From Armatimonadota bacterium (GTDB lineage: Bacteria > Armatimonadota > UBA10988): a DNA stretch of 51,781 bases. Numbering within the stretch: the first letter of the stretch is position 1; every line of letters begins with the position of its first letter. Under the pieces are notes generated by a model, which saw nothing but the letters and a program-made list of their open reading frames with translations, searched no databases and had not been told where the DNA came from. Below, piece after piece: positions 46,773 through 51,781 of this stretch. The stretch spans positions 1 through 51,781 of the forward strand of contig JACRKZ010000140.1 of assembly GCA_016235455.1 (NCBI GenBank). Reading direction: 5' to 3'. The translations under genes and the position numbers were made by a program.

Positions 46773-49604
46773 ATGGCAGACTGGTCACGGCAGGTGGCGT
46801 CGACTTCGGGGGCTGAGGTGGTGGTGTGCGGCTGCGGCACAGCGGCGTTCTCGGCGGCGCTGGCGGCGCGCGCCGAGGGCCGCCAGGTGCTGCTGTGCGG
46901 GCCCGGCCCGGCGCTGGTCGACGAGGTCACGGTGTCGCTGGCGGGCGACCTGCCGACCAGCCCGACCGACGAGCACCTGGCGCGCCTGGTCGCGCGGGTC
47001 GAGTCGGTCGGCGGGCTGCGTGACGGCTGGCTCGACGGGCCGTTGACCGAAATGGCTGCGGACCGGCTGCTGGCCGAGGCCGGCGTGCAGGTGCTGCTCT
47101 ATGTGCAGCCGGTGGCCATCGTCGGCGGCGAGGCCGGCGCGCAGGGCGTGCTGCTGGCCGGTAAGCACGGGCTCGAGCTCGTCTCCGCCGGCAGTGTGGT
47201 CGATGCCACGGCGGACGGCGCGCTGTTCGCGGCCTCCGGTGTCGACTTCCTGGCGCCCGAGTCGGTCACGGTCGGCCGCTCGGCCTATCTTCAGTTCTGC
47301 GGTGAGGACCTGCGGGGCCTGCCCGATGAAGTGAACGGCATGGCGCTCGCCGCGCGACACACCCAGCCGGGCGAGGTTCGCCTGACGGTCACCACCGATG
47401 CGCCCTACGACGGCCTGCCGGTGCCCGACGAGGCGGCGGTCACCACGCGCGCGGCGGTGGAGGCCGTGGCCCGCGTGGCTCGCACGGCGTGCCCGGCGCT
47501 GGCCACGGCGGCGGTCTCCCACACTGGCCATCGGCCGCTGGCGCTCAACGTGCGCCGTACCTTGACCGACGGCCCGGCTCATCCACGTTGGGCCAATGTC
47601 TTCGGTGCGGGTGCCTGGGTGCACGGCGACCGGCCGGGAGATCTGGACCGGTTGGCCGTCGGCGGCACTCAGGCCGGCGCGCTGGCCGCGGCTCAGGCGA
47701 GGCAGCCGATGGGCTGCACCACCACCGCCGAGGTGTCGGCCGAGCGCGGCACGGTGGATGTGGTCGTGGCCGGTGGCGGCACTGGCGGTGCCGTGGCGGC
47801 CCTGGCCGCGGCACGGCTGGGCGCATCGGTGCTGGTCTATGAGGCCGGGCAGTTCTGCGGCGGCATCGGCACCGGCGGCGGCATCCACGTCTACTACCAC
47901 GGGGTGCGGGGCGGCTTGCAGGACGGCATCGACGAAGCCACGGAGCGCATTGGCGAGGCGCTCGGCGGCCGTGAGCGGTTCGTCGGCTTCAGCCCCGAGG
48001 CCAAGAAGATCGCCTTCGAGTGCGCGCTGGCCGGCGATGGCGTCGATGTGCGCTATGAGTGGACCGTGGCCGATGTCGTGGTGCGCGACGGCCGCGTGGC
48101 GGGCGTCGTGGCGGCTCGGCCGGGCCTGCTGGAGTACCAGCCCTGCGCTTGCGTGGTGGACGGCACCGGCGACGGCGATGTGGCCGCGCTGGCCGGCGCA
48201 CCGATGACCCACGGCCGTGACAGCGACGGCGTGGCTCACGCCTACAGCCAGAGCTGCGGCACGCTGCAAGGCGAGCGGATCAGCTTCACCAACTTCGATG
48301 CCGGCTACGTGGACGCCACCGACCCCGACGACCTGACCCGCGCGCGGCGCTTCGGCATCCAGGTCTACTGGCGCGACGAGCCGTGCCCGCCGGGCGAGCG
48401 GCTGCTCTACCTGGCGCCACTGCTGGGCCTGCGCCAGAGCCGCCACGCCGTGACGGACTACGTGGTGACCCTGGCCGACCAGTCGCGCGGCGCGAGCTTT
48501 GCCGATGATGTTGCCTATGGCCGCTGCCACTACGACAATCACGCCTTCGACTACGAGAACGAGAGCGATGAGGCGCGGTTCTGGTGCTGGACGCTGGGCC
48601 GCTGGCGCGACCACATGCGGCATGGCGTGCCCTACCGCAGTCTGCTGCCGCAAGGCATCGACGGCCTGGTGATGGGTTCGCGCGCGCTGGGCGTAAGCCA
48701 CGACGCGCACATGCTGTTCCGCATGCAGCGCGACATGCAGCGTATCGGCGAGGCCGCGGGTGCCGCGGCCGCCCTGGCCGCGCGCGGCGCCACCACGCCG
48801 CGGGCGCTGGGTGCCGAGCCCGTGCGGGCGGCGCTGGCGGCGACCGGCGCGCTGCTGTCCGACTGGGATTCGGCGGTGGTGGCGCCGGCCATCGACGAGC
48901 TGGTGCCCGCGCTGGCAGGCGACGGCGCGCGCACGGCGTCCTGGCAGCTGTACCTGGCCGGGGCCGCCGCCGTCGAGCCGTTGGTCGGCGTGCTCGCCGC
49001 CGAGTCGGCGCAAGCCCGCTGGTACGCCGCGGCGACGCTGGCCATGCTGGGCCGCGGCGAGGGCGTTGGTGAACTGCGGCGGGCGCTGGCCCAGCGCGAT
49101 GAGACACGGCCCATGAGCACGAGCGACACGCACCATGCCGAGCGCTCGGCGCCACGCTGGAAGTCGGCTATCGGCCTGCTGGGCCAGGTCGGCGACAGGG
49201 AGGCGGTACCGCTGCTGGCCGGCGTGCTGGCCGATCCGGCAGGCGATGCCGACGCCTTGGTCGGCGCCGTGCGGGCGCTGGGCCGCATCGGTTCGGCCGA
49301 GGCGCTGGCCGCGCTGGAGGCCTACGGCGAGCGTCTCGAGACCGGTGAGGACGTGCCCGAAGCCTACCTGCAGCTGTCGATGGGCGGCGGGCGGCGCTTA
49401 CCGCGCGACATCGCCTGGTTCGTGCGGTCGGCGCTGGTCGAGGCACTCAGTGCCCTGGGCGCTGATCACCGCCACCTGCTCGACGGCTATCTGGACGACG
49501 AGCGGGCCTGGGTGCGCGGCCGTGCCGTTCAGCTCAACGACATCGATCCGGCCGCGCGGCTGCGCGGCAGCGGCGAGGCAGCCCGGCTGCGCCTCCGGCA
49601 CTAG
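46773..49604 (+). CDS. FAD-dependent oxidoreductase with two tandem FAD-binding modules and C-terminal HEAT repeats
   Basis: [10 protein letters not shown]...VVDATADG, then [10 protein letters not shown]...[15 protein letters not shown]...VPYRSLLP; HEAT repeats at the C-terminus. Confidence 0.85.
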   Translation: MADWSRQVASTSGAEVVVCGCGTAAFSAALAARAEGRQVLLCGPGPALVDEVTVSLAGDLPTSPTDEHLARLVARVESVGGLRDGWLDGPLTEMAADRLLAEAGVQVLLYVQPVAIVGGEAGAQGVLLAGKHGLELVSAGSVVDATADGALFAASGVDFLAPESVTVGRSAYLQFCGEDLRGLPDEVNGMALAARHTQPGEVRLTVTTDAPYDGLPVPDEAAVTTRAAVEAVARVARTACPALATAAVSHTGHRPLALNVRRTLTDGPAHPRWANVFGAGAWVHGDRPGDLDRLAVGGTQAGALAAAQARQPMGCTTTAEVSAERGTVDVVVAGGGTGGAVAALAAARLGASVLVYEAGQFCGGIGTGGGIHVYYHGVRGGLQDGIDEATERIGEALGGRERFVGFSPEAKKIAFECALAGDGVDVRYEWTVADVVVRDGRVAGVVAARPGLLEYQPCACVVDGTGDGDVAALAGAPMTHGRDSDGVAHAYSQSCGTLQGERISFTNFDAGYVDATDPDDLTRARRFGIQVYWRDEPCPPGERLLYLAPLLGLRQSRHAVTDYVVTLADQSRGASFADDVAYGRCHYDNHAFDYENESDEARFWCWTLGRWRDHMRHGVPYRSLLPQGIDGLVMGSRALGVSHDAHMLFRMQRDMQRIGEAAGAAAALAARGATTPRALGAEPVRAALAATGALLSDWDSAVVAPAIDELVPALAGDGARTASWQLYLAGAAAVEPLVGVLAAESAQARWYAAATLAMLGRGEGVGELRRALAQRDETRPMSTSDTHHAERSAPRWKSAIGLLGQVGDREAVPLLAGVLADPAGDADALVGAVRALGRIGSAEALAALEAYGERLETGEDVPEAYLQLSMGGGRRLPRDIAWFVRSALVEALSALGADHRHLLDGYLDDERAWVRGRAVQLNDIDPAARLRGSGEAARLRLRH

Positions 49605-50401
49605 GGGTAGGTGTCGGGCCCCGAGCGGCGCGGGAAGTACCAGGCCAGATGCTTGCCGGGCGTGCTCGTCTGGTTGTTGTAGGGCGTGATGTCGTCGTAG
49701 TTGAGCCACTTCACGTGGCCGTCGCAGAAGGCTCCGAGCGAGCCGTTGGCGTGGCGTGAGGTGGCATCGGTCTGGCCGCAGGGCTGGTCCGACCAGTTGT
49801 TGGTCAGCTCGATGTAGAACAGGCTGTCGTTGTACTCGCCGTGCTGGAAGCCCAACACCGCGTCGTTCTCCTCGATGAACATGAAGGTCTGCGCGGGATA
49901 CTGCACGCGCGACTCCTTGATGCCCAGCCACTGCGCCGCGGCCGGCACGCTGGCGTTGTCCGGCGCGCCGCCGCTCGACAGTCGGCCGTTCATGGTGTAG
50001 CTGGTGCGCGTGTAACTGCCACCGTTGAAGGTCACGGTCTCCGCGGCGATCTCGGCGTTGGGGCAGACGTACATCTGCGCGTTCTTCACGTACGGATAGA
50101 TAGAGCCCAGTTCGACCGCCTGCGCGCCGGCCGTATCCGACTGGGTCACGCGCACCCAGTCGCAGCCGCGAGCGTTGGCCGCGCCGAACCCGTCGCCCGG
50201 GCTCGGGTAGCGACTGTCGTAGTCCATGGTGTACATGCGCGTGGCCAGGCCGAGTTGCTTGAGGTTGCTCGCGCAGGTAGCCTGCGTGGCCTTCTCGCGG
50301 GCCTTGGCGAACACGGGGAAGAGGATCGCGGCCAAGATGGCGATGATGGCGATCACCACCAGCAGTTCGATGAGCGTGAACGCGGTGCGGCGGCGTGTCA
50401 T
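49601..50401 (-). CDS. Prepilin-type N-methylation / DUF1559-like protein with H-x9-DG motif
   Basis: [32 protein letters not shown]...CASNLKQLG; [17 protein letters not shown]. Confidence 0.92.
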   Translation of the reverse strand: MTRRRTAFTLIELLVVIAIIAILAAILFPVFAKAREKATQATCASNLKQLGLATRMYTMDYDSRYPSPGDGFGAANARGCDWVRVTQSDTAGAQAVELGSIYPYVKNAQMYVCPNAEIAAETVTFNGGSYTRTSYTMNGRLSSGGAPDNASVPAAAQWLGIKESRVQYPAQTFMFIEENDAVLGFQHGEYNDSLFYIELTNNWSDQPCGQTDATSRHANGSLGAFCDGHVKWLNYDDITPYNNQTSTPGKHLAWYFPRRSGPDTYP

Positions 50402-50501
50402 GGCGGACTCCTGGTTCTGGACGACCTAACCTAGTATGGTTCCCAGGCCGGCCGCTTGCCAAGCGGGTCGGCGCGACCCATGTCGCAACACGAGGGCAAC
50501 A

Positions 50502-50535
50502 AGAAAGCCGCCCTGGCTGGCCGGGGCGGCTTTCT
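50502..50535 (-). terminator. Intrinsic terminator between the two prepilin-like genes
   Basis: AGAAAGCCGCCCTGG-CTGG-CCGGGGCGGCTTTCT hairpin; T-rich tail on the minus strand. Confidence 0.75.
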
Positions 50536-50561
50536 CGAGGTGCTTGTCACTCACGCGCGGT

Positions 50562-51374
<813 letters not shown>

Positions 51375-51480
51375 TGTCGTTCCTCATCCGCCGCGCCCAC
51401 GGGCCTTCGCCACATGGCCGGTCTCGGATCTGCTGGGTTGGCTGGCGCACAACCATTCGGGCGTGACCAAGCTGGCCTTG

Positions 51481-51508
51481 TGGACGCTGAGGGTTCCCCC
51501 CAGGTTCC
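51481..51508 (-). promoter_or_regulatory. Putative ECF-sigma promoter
   Basis: GGAACC-N16-CGTCCA about 105 nt upstream of the GTG at 51374. Confidence 0.45.
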
Positions 51509-51670
51509 CGCCAGCCCCAAAAAGTTCGCGACGTTGTCTGTGGGTCGGGCCAGGCGGCCCGCCGACCGGCCGCGCGCATGTCTCGGGACCCAACCATCGC
51601 GCGATCAACACTGTACAGCAAGTGGTTGCAGGCCTACCCTAAGAGAAGGGTTGGAGGTCGCCCGCAGCGC

Positions 51671-51781
51671 ATGGCAAACCGCATCGAACGTCGCTTGGAC
51701 AATGGCTTTATGGTCCTTATCGAGCCATTGCACCGGCCTGCCGTGGCCACGAGCCTGCTGCTGCCCACCGGCGCCGCGGCC
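51671..51781 (+). CDS. M16 (pitrilysin) family peptidase, N-terminal fragment running off the window
   Basis: My translation MANRIERRLDNGFMVLIEPLHRPAVATSLLLPTGAAA matches the LxNG..V..E......V.......G start of M16 peptidases; GGAGG upstream. Absent from the supplied ORF track. Confidence 0.7.
   Translation, partial: MANRIERRLDNGFMVLIEPLHRPAVATSLLLPTGAAA

Noticed and set aside
51671-51720. GGCAAACC resembling a c-di-GMP-I riboswitch
   Set aside because: No GAAA tetraloop/GACGCAAAG partner; better explained as the start of an M16 peptidase CDS.

Overview
High-GC bacterial chromosomal window, most consistent with Armatimonadota. That assignment is an inference from two prepilin/DUF1559-type genes with the [31 protein letters not shown] leader and C-terminal H-x9-DG motif, together with SepF, SLH-domain proteins and a flagellar gene. 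It holds about 40 CDSs. These include the end of a flagellar locus (TPR protein, HTH/pseudo-receiver, fliD), housekeeping genes (sucD, yggS-sepF-proC, lgt, hemL, kdgK-eda) and envelope/secreted proteins (UPF0182, DUF58/DUF4129, DUF1080, PIG-L, SLH, NamZ-like). There is also a 1323-aa HzsA-like haem-c/HEAT protein, two URO-D/MtaA-like proteins, tandem Eis-like GNATs, a hybrid kinase and a double-FAD/HEAT oxidoreductase. I saw no rRNA, complete tRNA, CRISPR array, transposase or prophage. The most intriguing non-coding signal is a candidate ~165-nt structured RNA (minus strand, ~37814-37647). It has a sigma28-like promoter, end-to-end pairing, six RGACM repeats and an intrinsic terminator. Several different REP/MITE-like palindromes sit in intergenic gaps. 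All family names come from motif recognition, not from database searches.
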